Of a stretch of 64,000 bases of DNA, positions 24,437-39,400 are shown in pieces. Origin of the DNA: Macrostomum hystrix (taxonomy: Eukaryota; Animalia; Platyhelminthes); contig CATNEN010000001.1 of assembly GCA_950097015.1 (NCBI GenBank), positions 4,216,001 through 4,280,000 of the forward strand. The letters run 5' to 3'. A program made the translations under genes and the position numbers. The notes under the pieces were generated by a model. That model was not told the origin of the DNA. It did no database searches and worked only from the letters and a program-made list of their open reading frames with translations. Every line of letters begins with the position of its first letter. The stretch's first letter is position 1.

Positions 24437-27400
24437 TGACGCCATCAGAACAGCGGGCACTGCTTCAGCGCACTTTTACCCAGCTATTAGTTCGCCTGTG
24501 CTCACATACCGAGCCAGCCGAAGAGTTAGTACAGAAGAACGATCTCAGCCTATTATTCAGCGCTGTCTGCAGTCCATGCGCTAATCATAATGTTATCTGG
24601 CGAAAGGCTGCGGCAGATGTTTTAACAACGCTTAGTCGCTACGGTCTTACCTATACTGTTCGACAATACATTCACAAAGAAGCTTGTATTAAACAGTGTG
24701 TTAACGGAATTTTAAAAGCGGCTAGCTCGCCATTGGACACCGTTGAAATGCTAGTCACAATATGCTGCTTCTTAAAAGACGCATCGGAGACTAATCAGAA
24801 TCTGTTGGACGATTTCTGGCACGCCAATGGTTATCAAAGAATTACTCAGATTATACTCAAGTGAGTTGATGTTAGGATATGTGTGAATATTTCATCATTT
24901 TGGGTTGAATTTTTTATCTGGATTGAATGCATTTTTAAGTAACAAAGCACATTTTGCACCTCACATCGTCGTCTTATTCTGCAGACTACTGTTGTGTGCA
25001 TGCTTGGCCCAATGAGTGTTTGGACGCTTGTAAATAAATAATAGGCTTACAGGGAGTCGGAAACTTCAGGGGATTATGGCTTGCATTTTTTCTTAGATTT
25101 GGCCTTGTGACGCTATGTGGAGATTGGTGGGCTAGATATGTTAAGGCAGTTCCAGCCTGCCCGGGGCTTGGGGTGGCTATATTTTCTTATCAGTCACAAA
25201 TTTAACAGCACGCAGCCTTCTCGTTCCACTCTGGCCCAAACCCACCACCTCAAAATCTCTTGCCTACCCAGGCCCTAACCCTCCACCCCAGAATCTCTTA
25301 CCCAACCCTAGCCCCCTCTGAGCCATAAACCTAGCTCAGCCAATTAGAACGCGCCAACCGTTTTTTTTCAGACGCGTTTTAAAATGGCTTGACGCGATTT
25401 ACGACCCCCACCCACCCTCCCTATTAGTCAGCCGCGCCAACCCCAGCCGAGTTTTTATAAAACCGGTCTCAAGTGGCCGCCCCTTGTACTTTTCATATCT
25501 GTTTATCGATTCTCGGCCTGCCCAGTGTTTTGTCATTGACTGATTTGTATCAATAAGCAGTTTTCGGCGCAACGAATAGCAGCAGCAGCAACATGACTCC
25601 TCCGCCGCAAGTGCCATACATTGGCTCAACTATCTCGCTATTGTCAAAGGCTAGCATCCGTTACGAAGGCTTTTTATACACTATTGACCAGAAGGAATCT
25701 TCCGTTGCTCTCTCGCATGTCAAAGTGTTTGGTACAGAGGATCGTCATTGCGATCGTCCTGTGCCTCCGTCTGATGAGATCTTCGAATTCATCATCTTTC
25801 GCGCCTCGGATATCACCGAACTGAAAGTGATCGATACTCCGCCGGTTCGTTCGGTGCCAGACCCTGCTATTATTAGGGCGCAAAACAAAGCTCCGCCGCC
25901 GCCCTCATCTGGCTCCGATCAGCCGGGTTCCGCTGCTGGCGAGGCTAATGCCTCCGTGAAGAATTTCTTATCCCAAGCTGGTCCAGCTGTAGCCAGCGTC
26001 GGCAGCAGAATGTCGGCCGCCCTAACTGTCGGTGGTTCTAGCGGTAGCGGCGCCTCTTCTTCATCCAATGCGGTTCGCCTCATGGGTGGAAGCGAAGCTT
26101 ATTCTGGTCGCCAGTTAAATCGTCAGCAGCAGCAGCAACAGCAGCAGCAGCAACCGCAGCAGCAACCGCAGCAGCAGAGTCGCCAGCATCAATCTCGTAG
26201 TCAGCAACCGCCACTTATGCAGGGTCAGCAGCCGCAGCAGCAGCAGCAGCAGTATCAACGCCGCTACAACAATCACCAGCAGGATAATAAGCCGTTCTCC
26301 GGCGGCGACTATCAACAATCATCTAGATCCTATTACATCAATCGCCGTAACAATTCGGAGTTCTACGATATGTCTAGCAACAATGGCGGAGGCTATAACG
26401 GCCGAATGGGTCGATCTGGCGGCAGCGGCGGCGGTAGCGGTGGCTACGGTTACGGTCCACAGGGTCCGCCGCCACTGCAGTCTCTGCAGCCGTTGCCTCC
26501 GCCGTCGCATTATCGCAACACTTACGGCGGCCCCGCCTATTCTGGCTATTATCACCAGCAACAGCAGCAGCAGCATCATCCTGGCTACGGTTATACCTTG
26601 GCTCCGCCGCCAATGATGGCACTTCCGCCTGGTTCACAGCGTCGCTATGGTGGCCGGCCCGTGATGCACTTTCGACGCTATCCCGGTGCTCCCAACGGCA
26701 TTGGCGGCGGTCGCATGAACGGTGGTGGCCGTAGTGGCCCCTTGCATCAGCACGGTGGCGGTAGTGGCTGGAACTCGAGCAGCGATCGACGTCAGCAGCA
26801 GCACCAGCAGCAACATCAGCAGCAGCATCGACAGCCGTTGGTGGATCCGATTCCTGCTCGCTTCACCGCTGACTATGACTTCGAGACTGCTAACGCTGAG
26901 ATGGAAGCGGAGCTTGCTAAACTAATTCTTGGCGGCGGTGGTGCCGGAGGCTCCGTTAACGATAACTCCGTGCCAGATGCTTCTGCTGATCAAGGCGACG
27001 CAGACGTTGATTCCAAGGCTCACCTAGCCGGCACTATTGCCGCTGTCGAGTCGCTGATGCGCTGCGCCCATGCCGGCTACAACAAAGAGAAGAGCTTCTT
27101 TGACGACATCAGCCGTGTTGAAGCCGACGATGCTAATGCTGCAGCTGCCAGCTCGAACAATTGCGGCATCATCGGCGGCGGCGGCGGCGGCAGCGCCGGT
27201 GGCGGCAACAACGCCAGTAACAACGGCTCTAGTGGACCTCGCAAGGAAACAGTAAGGCAGAATGCTCTTAACAAGGAGACCTTCGGCCTGGTTGGCGGGC
27301 GCATGCGACGTGGCATTGGCAACCGTTTCTATGGCAATCGTGGCCCACAGCGCAGGGCCCTCGTCTAATAGCAGACATTTCATCAGGACTCGTATATCAC

Positions 27401-30400
27401 TGTCTATTGATAGTATTGTTGGAACTGCTGCATTATTATAATAGATAAATCTGATGCTAGGCCCCTTAGTTTCTTTTACAGTTTGTGCTCGTGGTTAGCA
27501 ACGTAGTGCTTTAGAGGCTCGAAAAACCTGTCTGCTTCAAAAAATGATTCGCCTCATCAAACTGAGTTATTTTGCCCACCCGCTAGTTTTTTGTGCTATT
27601 CCTGTGTCATTTCCCGCGCGCACACTTCACTGTCTGTTATTATTATTCCCATCTGCTTTTTTCTGAGTTTTTGACAACAGATTTTTTTCAAATCAACCCT
27701 TTGGCGCCGATTATTTTCTACTGACTGACATATTGTCTACTACAACAAGCCGCCGACTTACCCCCGATTGATTTATCTCCGAATTTTTCTTCCTCAAATT
27801 GTTCAATCGTGTGCGTGATGCCTGTGTGTGTGCTTTCGTTCAAAACAATGTGGACCAAATTGCTAATGGAAAAATTTGCGCATGAATTCTTGAACCGCGC
27901 CGTTCCCGCCCCAATGGCCTCTCAGTGTCGCTTCACCGTTGTCGTTTGTCATTTGTTCAGTTTCCCCTGGTGACTTGTCCATGCACGATTTCAACAAGTT
28001 CAATACTGTTTTTCTAGCGCTCAACGTCTGTTCAAAGATCCCCATTTGATTGATGTTCCCTGACAAAAATTGCGACCTACTTAGCATTCGCACCTGTTAC
28101 TGATCGATTGTTTTATAGTCCGAAATCAATTAGCGTCGAATTTTGTTGCTAGGACTATTTTGTTTAGCGCCAACCAAACAGCACAAATGATTCTGATGAA
28201 ATTCATTCCGACGAGAGAAATACACAATAATAATACAAGCTCAATAGCTAGATCATTTATTTAACGACGTCCCACTTCATCAACTTAAAACGTTATCACT
28301 TGAGACTCAATATTTCTGGATTTGATTAAAAAAATGCACGAAATAAATGCAAGAAAAAACAACTTTTTAAACTACTAATTCGTTCATAAAACATTAACAG
28401 CCTAGAGGAGATGGACGTGACAGATTGGGAAACTGCAACTGATAATCTGATCTGCTTAGCCGCCTCTTTGGCCACCTGCGGCTGCGTTCAATTGAAGCCT
28501 AGCGACACTGTCACTAATTCCATCTGTCAGATACCGCACTTTACTGTGCCGCAACCTGCCGGAAAAGGTAGCTGACATCTTAGCCTGGGAAATTCCCATG
28601 TTCATTTGGGAAATCCAGCGATGCTTCCCCTGATATTTACCCAGTTTACAAACTGTCTTCAAGCACTTCACAATCTGTCATTATCCAGTTCACAGTCTGT
28701 CATTATCCAGTTCACAATCTGTTATTATCCAGTTTACAATCTGTCATTATCCAGTTCACAATCTGTTATTATCCAGTTCACAGTCTGTCATTATCGAGTT
28801 CACAATCTGTCATTATTCAGTTCACAATCTGTTATTATCCAGTTTACAATCTGTCATTATCCAGTTCACAATCTGTCATTATTCAGTTCACAATCTGTCA
28901 TTATCCAGTTCACAATCTGTCATTATTCAGTTCACAATCTGTCATTACCCGGTTCACAATCTGTCATTATCCAGTTCACAATCTGTCATTATCCAGTTCA
29001 CAATCAGTCATTACCCAGTTTACAATCTGTCATTGTCCAGTTCACAATCTGTCATTACCCAGTTCACAATCTGTCATTACCCAGTTCACAATCAGTCATT
29101 ACCCAGTTCACAATCTGTCATTATCTAGTTCACAATTTGTCATTATTCAGTTCACAATCTGTCATTATCCAGTTCACATTCTGTCATTATCCAGTTCACA
29201 ATCAGTCATTACCCAGTTCACAATCTGTCATTATCCAGTTTAAAATCTGTCATTATCCAGTTTAAAATCTGTCATTATCCAGTTCACAATCTGTCATTAT
29301 CCAGTTCACAATCTGTCATTATCCAGTTCACAATCTGTCATTATCCAGTTCACAATCTGTCATTATCCAGTTCACAATCTGTAATTATCCAGTTCACAAT
29401 CTGTCATTATCCAGTTTACAATCTGTCATTATCCAGTTCACAATCTGTCATTATCCAGTTCACAATCTGTCATTATCCAGTTCAAAATCTGTCATTATCC
29501 GGTTCACAATCTGTCATTATCCAGTTCACAATCTGTCATTATCCGGTTCACAATCTGTCATTATCCAGTTCACAATCTGTCATTATCCAGTTCACAATCT
29601 GTCATTATTCAGTTCACAATCTGTCATTATCCGGTTCACAATCTGTCATTATTCAGTTCACAATCTGTCATTATCCGGTTCACAATCTGTCATTATTCAG
29701 TTCACAATCTGTCATTATCCGGTTCACAATCTGTCATTATCCAGTTCACAATCTGTCATTATCCGGTTCACAATCTGTCATTATCCAGTTCACAATTTGT
29801 CATTATCCAGTTCACAATCTGTCATTATCCAGTTCACAATCTGTCATTATCCAGTTCACAATCTGTCATTATCCAGTTCACAATCTGTCATTATTCAGTT
29901 CACAATCTGTCATTATCCGGTTCACAATCTGTCATTATTCAGTTCACAATCTGTCATTATCCAGTTCACAATCTGTCATTATCCAGTTCACAATCTGTCA
30001 TTATCCGGTTCACAATCTGTCATTATCCAGTTCACAATTTGTCATTATCCAGTTCACAATCTGTCATTATCCAGTTCACAATCTGTCATTATCCGGTTCA
30101 CAATCTGTCATTATTCAGTTCACAATCTGTCATTATCCAGTTCACAATCTGTCATTATCCAGTTCACAATCTGTCATTATCCAGTTCACAATCTGTCATT
30201 ATCCAGTTCACAATCTGTCATTATTCAGTTCACAATCTGTCATTATCCAGTTTACAATCTGTCATTATCCAGTTCACAATCTGTCATTATCCAGTTCACA
30301 ATCTGTTATTATCCAGTTCACAATCTGTCATTATCCAGTTCACAATCTGTCATTATCCAGTTCACAATCTGTCATTATTCAGTTCACAATCTGTCATTAT

Positions 30401-33400
30401 CCAGTTTACAATCTGTCATTATCCAGTTCACAATCTGTCATTATCCAGTTCACAATCTGTCATTATTCAGTTCACAATCTGTTATTATCCAGTTCACAAT
30501 CTGTCATTATCCAGTTCACAATCTGTCATTATCCAGTTCACAATCTGTCATTATCCAGTTCACAATCTGTAATTATCCAGTTTACAATCTGTCATTATCC
30601 AGTTCACAATCTGTCATTATCCAGTTCACAATCTGTCATTATTCAGTTCACAATCTGTCATTATTCAGTTCACAATCTTTCATTATCCGGTTCACAATCT
30701 GTCATTATCCAGTTCACAATCTGTCATTATCCAGTTTACAATCTGTCATTATCCAGTTCACAATCTGTCATTATCCAGTTCACAATCTGTCATTATCCAG
30801 TTCACAATCTGTCATTATCCAGTTCACAATCTGTCATTATTCAGTTCACAATCTGTCATTATTCAGTTCACAATCTTTCATTATCCGGTTCACAATCTGT
30901 CATTATCCAGTTCACAATCTGTCATTATCCAGTTCACAATCTGTCATTATTCAGTTCACAATATTTCATTATCCGGTTCACAATCTGTCATTATTCAGTT
31001 CACAATCTGTCATTACCCTATTAGGCATCAGATAATTTTTGCTCACCCATACAATGCGGAGTTGTTCTCATTGTTCACAGGCCTCAGCATTCGCAATATC
31101 CGCGCCTTCCACGTCCTGGAGGAGGTGTTTCTGAAGGCACGAACCTCCAAGCTGTGCACGAGTGTACTGGCCGCCATATTCAACATCTATAAGCAGGATC
31201 ACGCTAATTTCTTTATATTAGACTCGCAGCGCACACTGTCGCATCTTATTGAGCGTTTGTACCTGCGCGAGCCGAGTGTCCAACGGCAGTGCATGGAGAT
31301 TCTAGAATTTGTCGTATTCCAGCTGCGCTACGTGCCTATGAATGAATTGTCTAGCTTAACCAAGCTGATAAAGACTTGTAATTCTGCGCGCTGTAAAATC
31401 ATCGCCCTGCAGTCGCTATTGAAAATTGCTCATTGTCACGAAGTGCTTAAGGATGCGTATAGGTAATTAAATTTGCTTGTCTGGCTTCGTACAGTAGTTA
31501 AACATCTATTTAGTAAAAGCTAATTTAGTAGAAACCGCGTTACTCGAATCCCATTTCTACAAATCCCATTTCTACAAATCCCATTTTCTACAAATCCCAT
31601 TTGCTACAAATCCCATTTGCTAATATCCCGGTTTCTACAAATCCCATTTGCTTCAAATCCCATTTGCTTCAAATCCCATTTGCTACAAATCCCATTTGCT
31701 TCAAATCCCATTTGCTTCAAATCCCATTTGCTTCAAATCCCATTTGCTTCAAATCCCATTTGCTTCAAATCCCATTTGCTTCAAATCCCATTTGCTACAA
31801 ATCCCATTTGCTACAAATCCCATATGCTACAAATCCCATTTGCTTCAAATCCCATTTGCTTCAAATCCCATTTGCTTCAAATCCCATTTGTAGCTACCCG
31901 AATGTTATTTCATAAATCACATTTCTCATTAATACTGTTTTCATAAATCCTAACTGCTTAATCCCTATTTATTCTAAATCATAATTACCCGAATCCCATT
32001 AAATTATACAGATATAACTTACTGCAATCTCATTTACTAGGAAGAATTATTTACATTCAGTAACAAAATTTCCTTATTTAGCAATAATCTTTATTATCCC
32101 AATCACCTGGAAATCCACCTGCGCAGAGAGGTTGGCCTACTAGATCTACTAGTGGCTTGCCTGCACGCCTACGCTCATCAACTAAAAGAGTCTAGCGAAG
32201 CATCTCAGCAGCAGCAGCAGCAGCAGCAGCCTAGCAGGGCCTGGACTGGCATGCTGGCCGAACAAAGAGAACTGGGCGCCTTAGTTATGCAACTGTTGGC
32301 CTTCCTGTTGACGTCTAGCGTTAAGAATGCCTCAGTATTTCGAGACGCCGGCGGTGCCCGCTGCGCGCACAACATGGTGCCCCACGACGAGTGCAGAACA
32401 GACATACTGGGCGTTGTTCAACAGTTGGTGCTTAGTACCGCTAGCGAGGACGACATGGGCTGCCTGCTGGGCCTGATGCACACAGCTCCGCCTACCGCTA
32501 TTCGATTGAAGACTGAAGTGTTGGCCACTATATCTGCTGTGCTGCAGGTAGCTGTGACTTGTTCTTGATTCTTTTAACTTGCTTCATTTCTGTTTATTTC
32601 AAAGCTGCGAAGATTCTAAGATGAGCACAGAGTGACAGGCGAGTGACAGGCATAGAGTGACTGTTGATATATAAGGATTGATCATTGACAGCTAATGAGT
32701 GACATTTGACAGCTAATGAGTGACAGTTGACAGCTAATGAGTGACAGTTGACAGCTAATGGGTGACAGTTGATAGTTGATAGCTAATGAGTGACAGTTGA
32801 CAGCTAATGAGTGACAGTTGATAGTTGACAGCTAATGGGTGACAGTTGATAGTTGATAGCTAATGAGTGACAGTTGACAGCTAATGGGTGACAGTTGATA
32901 GTTGACAGTTAATGAGTGACAGTTGACAGCTAATGGGTGACAGTTGATAGTTGACAGCTAATAAGTGACAGTTGATAGCTAATGAGTGACAGTTGACAGC
33001 TAATGAGTGACAGTTGATAGTTGACAGCTAATGAGTGACATTTGACAGCTAATGAGTGACAGTTGACAGCTAATGAGTGACAGTTGACAGCTAATGGGTG
33101 ACAGTTGATAGTTGACAGCTAATAAGTGACAGTTGATAGCTAATGAGTGACAGTTGATAGTTGACAGCTAATGAGTGACATTTGACAGCTAATGAGTGAC
33201 AGTTGACAGCTAATGAGTGACAGTTGATAGCTAATGAGTGACAGTTGATAGCTAATGGGTGACAGTTGATAGTTGACAGCTAATGAGTGACATTTGACAG
33301 CTAATGAGTGACAGTTGACAGCTAATGAGTGACAGTTGATAGCTAATGAGTGACAGTTGATAGCTAATGGGTGACAGTTGATAGTTGACAGCTAATGAGT

Positions 33401-36400
33401 GACAGTTGATAGCTAATGAGTGACAGTTGATAGCTAATGGGTGACAGTTGATAGTTGACAGCTAATGAGTGACATTTGACAGCTAATGAGTGACAGTTGA
33501 TAGCTAATGAGTGACAGTTGATAGCTAATGAGTGACAGTTGATAGTTGACAGCTAATGAGTGACAGTTGATAGTTGACAGCTAATGAGTGACAGTTGATA
33601 GTTGACAGCTAATGAGTGACAGTTGATAGCTAATGAGTGACAGTTGATAGCTAATGGGTGACAGTTGATAGTTGACAGCTAATGAGTGACAGTTGATAGC
33701 TAATGAGTGACAGTTGATAGCTAATGGGTGACAGTTGATAGTTGACAGCTAATGAGTGACATTTGACAGCTAATGAGTGACAGTTGACAGCTAATGAGTG
33801 ACAGTTGATAGCTAATGGGTGACAGTTGATAGTTGACAGCTAATGAGTGACAGTTGACAGCTAATGAGTGACAGTTGATAGTTGACAGCTAATGAGTGAC
33901 AGTTGATAGTTGACAGCTAATGAGTGACAGCTAATGAGTTGATCACTAAGGAGTGACAGTTAATAACTAAGGAGTGACAGTTGATAGCTAATGAGTGACA
34001 GTTGATAGTTGACAGCTAATGAGTGACAGTTGATAGTTGACAGCTAATGAGTGACAGCTAATGAAGTTGATCACTAAGGAGTGACAGTTAATAACTAAGG
34101 AGTGACAGTTGATCACTTAGGAGTGACTGTACACTGTAACATTCGTTTCACAAATAACAAACAGGTGTCATGAAGAAGGTAAAAATCTAATTATTAACAA
34201 TAATGTTCCCAGGCGTCGCATCGTTGCCGCTCGGCGTTCCGTCGCTGCTCCGGCTTCGTCTACGTCATCTCTCTGTTGGTCTCGCTAGAAGGCTCGCTAA
34301 AGGAGCAGCGCGTCTCGCCTTGGGACACAGCCGACACCGGCGCTGTTGTTCTACTGCTCAAAACTATATTCGTGACACTAACTGTGGCTATGAAATATGA
34401 GCCGGCTAATGCCAGATTCTTTAAATACGAGATTCGCTACGACAGCTTGACTGAAGCTGTCCGGCTATTAGGCTGCTTCGGTCCTCACGCTGATGCTCTG
34501 CCAGTGAGTTCGCGCTCATTTTTGTTTTTTTTATCTATTTTTTCATGATAAGATGAAGTCATATATAGGATTGATATGTAACCAGAGTTAGAGGATAAAT
34601 TTAGAATCGATTAAAGCGATAAAATATTGATTGATTTTAGGGATTGCAGTCAGTTTATTGAAGAGATTAATTTACTTATCGATTTGGGATTACCTATCGA
34701 TACTTACTACTACTACTTAAATACTATATACTATTTAAATACTACTTAAATACTACTTAAATACTAAATACTACTTAAATACTACTTAAATACTACTTAA
34801 GTACTACTTGAATACTACTTAAATACTACTTAAATACTAAATACTACTTAAATACTACTTAAATACTACTTAAATACTACTTGAATACTAAATACAACTT
34901 AAATACTACTTAAATACTACTTAAATACTAAATACTACTTAAATACTACTTAAATACTACTTAAATACTACTTAAATACTACTTAAGTACTACTTGAATA
35001 CTACTTAAATACTACTTAAATACTACTTAAATACTAAATTACTACTTAAATACTACTTAAATACTACCTAAATACCACTTAAATACTATATACTACTTAA
35101 ATACTACTTAAAAACTAAATACCACTTAAATACTTAGTACTACTCAAATACTATATACTACTTAAATACTACTTGAATACTATATACTACTTAAATACTA
35201 CTTAAATACTAAATACTACGTAAATACTAATTAAATAACAAATTTTACTTGAATACTAAATACTACTTAAATACTACTTTAATTCTATACTACTTGAAAA
35301 CTACTTCCAGTATAATGGAAGTAGAGGTATATTTTGATTTCATATTAAAAATCTATCGATTAGGAAGATAACTGTATCTATCTATTTTGCGCTGTTAACA
35401 ATCGATCGATTGGGGAGAAAATTATATGTATCGATTCATGATTTACAATTGATTGTATGTATCGATTTGGCATGTTAATAGTCGATCACATTGGGGGATA
35501 ATTTATAGATTTGGGGATATTGATTGATTGATTGATAAAAAGTAGGATTAACTTTAAGGGATAATGGAATTTTTTTAAACCTTTATAAAACTCTCCCAAT
35601 CAGGTTCCTTCTGCCGTCGCCGCTTCCTCATCAACATCCGAGAGTGGCGGCGTGTCGCCTCAACCGCCAACTCCGGATCCGGCCGCTTCGGCATCGTCGA
35701 CGACTACTCCGGGCTGTCAGCGCTTCGATCGGGTGTTCCAATCGGCGCCAGTAGACGAAGCCCTTGTGGCCGACTACTGCTCAGACCTGCCGCAGAGACT
35801 GCGCTTCGCCAGTTTCATGCTCAAGTGCCTATTCGAATTGGGCGTCGAGTCGTTAGAATTCGGCATCGACTGCGGCGGCGTGGAGGTCGAGCCGCAGGAC
35901 GGTAGCAGCCCCGAGCACAGTCGGCACAGGAAGCATCTGCACAATGTCACTAATCAGGCGCCGCCACCGCCGGCTATAGTGCACCCCGGTGCTGTACTGT
36001 CCTTCCTTCAGTTAATACCGGCTGTGGTCATTGGGGATGATCAGACTCAAACTGAATTGGATCTGCAGGCAAGCTAGGGGATAAATCCTTAGTTTGATAG
36101 TCTCTGCTTCATCTACTCATTGTTAGTTTGAGAATGATTCATACAATCGATTGACTTTCATACAATGAGTTTGGCTTTGTTATCCCATTAATGTAACTTT
36201 AGTTAGAAAAAAATTCCAACGATATTTCGTAAGTTTGAACATCGAAATTCGTTAGTTTTTATATCCAACTTTGTTAGTTTTAGCATAAAAATTCCGTTAG
36301 TTTGAACGTCGAGATTTCGTTTAAACATCGAAACTCCGTTAGTTTGAACATCAAAATTCGTTAGTTTTAACATCGAACTTTGTTAGTTCTAACATCGAAA

Positions 36401-39400
36401 TTCCTTTAGTTTTAAAGTAAAAATTTCGTTTCTTTTAACATCGAAATTCCGTTAGTTTGAACATCAAAGTTCGTTAGTTTAAGCATCAAAATTCGTTAGT
36501 TTAAGCATTGAAATTCGTTAGTTTGAAAGTCGAAGTTCCGTTAGTTTAAAGTCAAAATTTCGTTTGTTTAAACATCGAAACTCCTTTAGTTTACGTATCG
36601 AAATTTTTTAGTTAAAAAATCAAAATTCGTTAGTTTTATTATTGAGATTCGTTAGTTAAAACATAAAAATCGTTAGTTTTAGCATAAAAACTCCGTTAGT
36701 TTGAACGTCGAGATTTCGTTTAAACATCGAAACTCCGTTAGTTTGAACATTAGTTTTAACATTACCCGAATGACTTTTCCAAATCATATCCCTAAATGAT
36801 TGTATCCCTCTCTCTCCCAGGTGTCAGCGCTGAACCTACTCCGCAGTCTGATGGCTCTGGCGCGCAATGTCCAGACCATGTGCAGCTTCGGCATGACACA
36901 GCACCTGTTGCGTCACTATCGGCACTGCCTCACAGACGAGCGGCACCACCTGCAGCCAAGCATTCAGAGCCTGTTCGAGCGACTCGCTTCGCATGCCCTG
37001 TCGCCTAACGACCTGCGAGAATTCCTCCGCCTCGGCGATCCTCTCTGCTGTCGACCGCTGGACGAGGTGGCCCCCTCCGACACTTCCTGCCTGTCCGAGG
37101 CTGCTGTCCCAGCCGAACTGCCCGTAGTTGGTCACGGCGGCTCTGTGCCATTGTCGCGAGTCAAATGCCTAGTCTCCATGGCAACTCCGCGCGACGCCCG
37201 GGTGCCGTTCGCCGAGCCGCCGCCTCCCTTCGTCGAATTGGACATGTCCGCCGAGGGATTCGCCTGTCTGTACATGCCCAGTCTGGCTCCGCAGGCTCCT
37301 CCGGCTGCCAGCATCTCGCCAATGGCTGCCGGCGAAGCTGCCGCTGCGACGCTTGGCGGCGTCGGGTCCGGCGGTGACCGCCTGTTCCCGCCGCCCGCCG
37401 GCCTCACCTACATGTGCTGGCTTAGCGTGCAGAAAACCGACGGAGCTGCTGGCGGTCATCCGTTTAGATTGCTCACCGTTGTGCGGAGCATTCAGGTGTC
37501 GTCTATTGAATATCCGCTCAGATCTCATGTAATTCCTAATCCCCTTAGATTCAATGACTCACTCTCAGTCCCTAATCGCCTCAGATCCCATGACCCACTC
37601 TCAGTTCCTAATCCCCTCAGATCCCATGACTCATTCTCAGTTCCTAATCCCCTCAGATCCCATGACTCACTCTCATTATCAGTTCCTAATCCCCTCAGAT
37701 CCCATGACTCATTCTCAGTTCCTAATCCACTCAGATCCCATGACTCACTCTCATTATCAGTTCCTAATCCCCTCAGATCCCATGACTCATTCTCAGTTCC
37801 TAATCCACTAAGATCCCATGACTCACTCCCATGACTCACTCTCATTATCAGTTCCTAATCCAGTCAGATCCCATGACTCACATCCCATGATTTCTAGCGT
37901 ATCATCTCCAATGAGTCACTCCAAGCCCCTTAGTCTTCAACAAATGGTTAAATAAACAATTAATTAATTAATCCGATGATCCAGACTCGCGAAGACCAGC
38001 TGGCCTGCCTTCGAGTTGAACTGGATCCTACAGCCTGCCAGCTTACTGTGAGCACAGCCGAAGCTGAGCTGGGCCTCTCGCCATCAACATCGTCATCCTC
38101 AGCCGACGCCGTATTCAACGTGCCCCAGCTATCCGAAACAGACACCTGGCATCACCTGGCCCTAGTGCTAAACCGGTCCGGCATGATGAAGCACAGTGCC
38201 GCCAAGCTATTCATTGATGCCCAACTGATTGGCACTCTCAAATTGAATTACATATCGCCTAATGTTGGCACTATGTCTGGCGGCGGCGGTGGTGGCAGCG
38301 TTAGCGGAGGCGGCGGCGGCAGCTCCGGCGGCGGCGGCGGCCCAGGTGCGCCAATTTCAGTAGCCAGCGTGTGCGCCTACATCGGCACGCCCTGTCTAGA
38401 TGGCATGCGCCAGCTGGCACCGACTGCTTGGTTTCAGGGGCCGCTGTTTCTAGTTGAAGAGCCGCTAACTAATCAGCTTGTGGAGACTGTTTATAAATTG
38501 GGCGCTTCTTATATTGGAAACTTTCAGTCCGTAAGTTGATGCTGGCTGTCTTCTTGTATGGAACTGTGGAAATAGAGACATCGTTTACTGAGATCTATCA
38601 CTGTCATTGTTGTTGTGAGATTAGATCTATCACTGAGATTAGAGATACCGTTGTTAGATTAGAGACATCGTAGTGAGATTAGAGACATCGTAGTGAGATT
38701 AGAGACATCGTAGTGAGATTAGAGACATCGAAGTGAGATTAGAGACATCGTAGTGAGATTAGAGACATCGAAGTGAGATTAGAGACATCGTAGTGAGATT
38801 AGAGACATCGAAGTGAGATTAGAGATACCGTTGTTAGATTAGAGACATCGTAGTGAGATTAGAGACATCGTAGTGAGATTAGAGACATCGAAGTGAGATT
38901 AGAGACATCGTAGTGAGATTAGAGACATCGAAGTGAGATTAGAGACATCGTAGTGAGATTAGAGACATCGAAGTGAGATTAGAGATACCGTTGTTAGATT
39001 AGAGACATCGTAGTGAGATTAGAGACATCGTAGTGAGATTAGAGACATCGAAGTGAGATTAGAGACATCGTAGTGAGATTAGAGACATCGAAGTGAGATT
39101 AGAGACATCGTAGTGAGATTAGAGACATCGTAGTGAGATTAGAGACATCGTAGTGAGATTAGAGACATCGTAGTGAGATTAGAGACATCGTAGTGAGATT
39201 AGAGACATCGTAGTGAGATTAGAGACATCGTAGTGAGATTAGAGACATCGTAGTGAGATTAGAGACATCGAAGTGAGATTAGAGACATCGAAGTGAGATT
39301 AGAGACATCCTAGTGAGATTAGAGACATCGAAGTGAGATTAGAGACATCGAAGTGAGATTAGAGACATCGTAGTGAGATTAGAGACATCGAAGTGAGATT

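Noticed and set aside
25255-25335. Telomere-like CCCTAACCCT
   Set aside because: Fewer than two full units within a C-rich tract; not an interstitial telomere array.
24860-25593. In-frame WDFY3-LSM14 fusion via the AG at 25559-25560
   Set aside because: The phase-2 donor leads to a TAG within 7 codons.
26115-27383. Antisense ORFs over LSM14 and other GC-rich exons
   Set aside because: Expected shadows of CAG/GGC-rich coding sequence, with no independent motifs.
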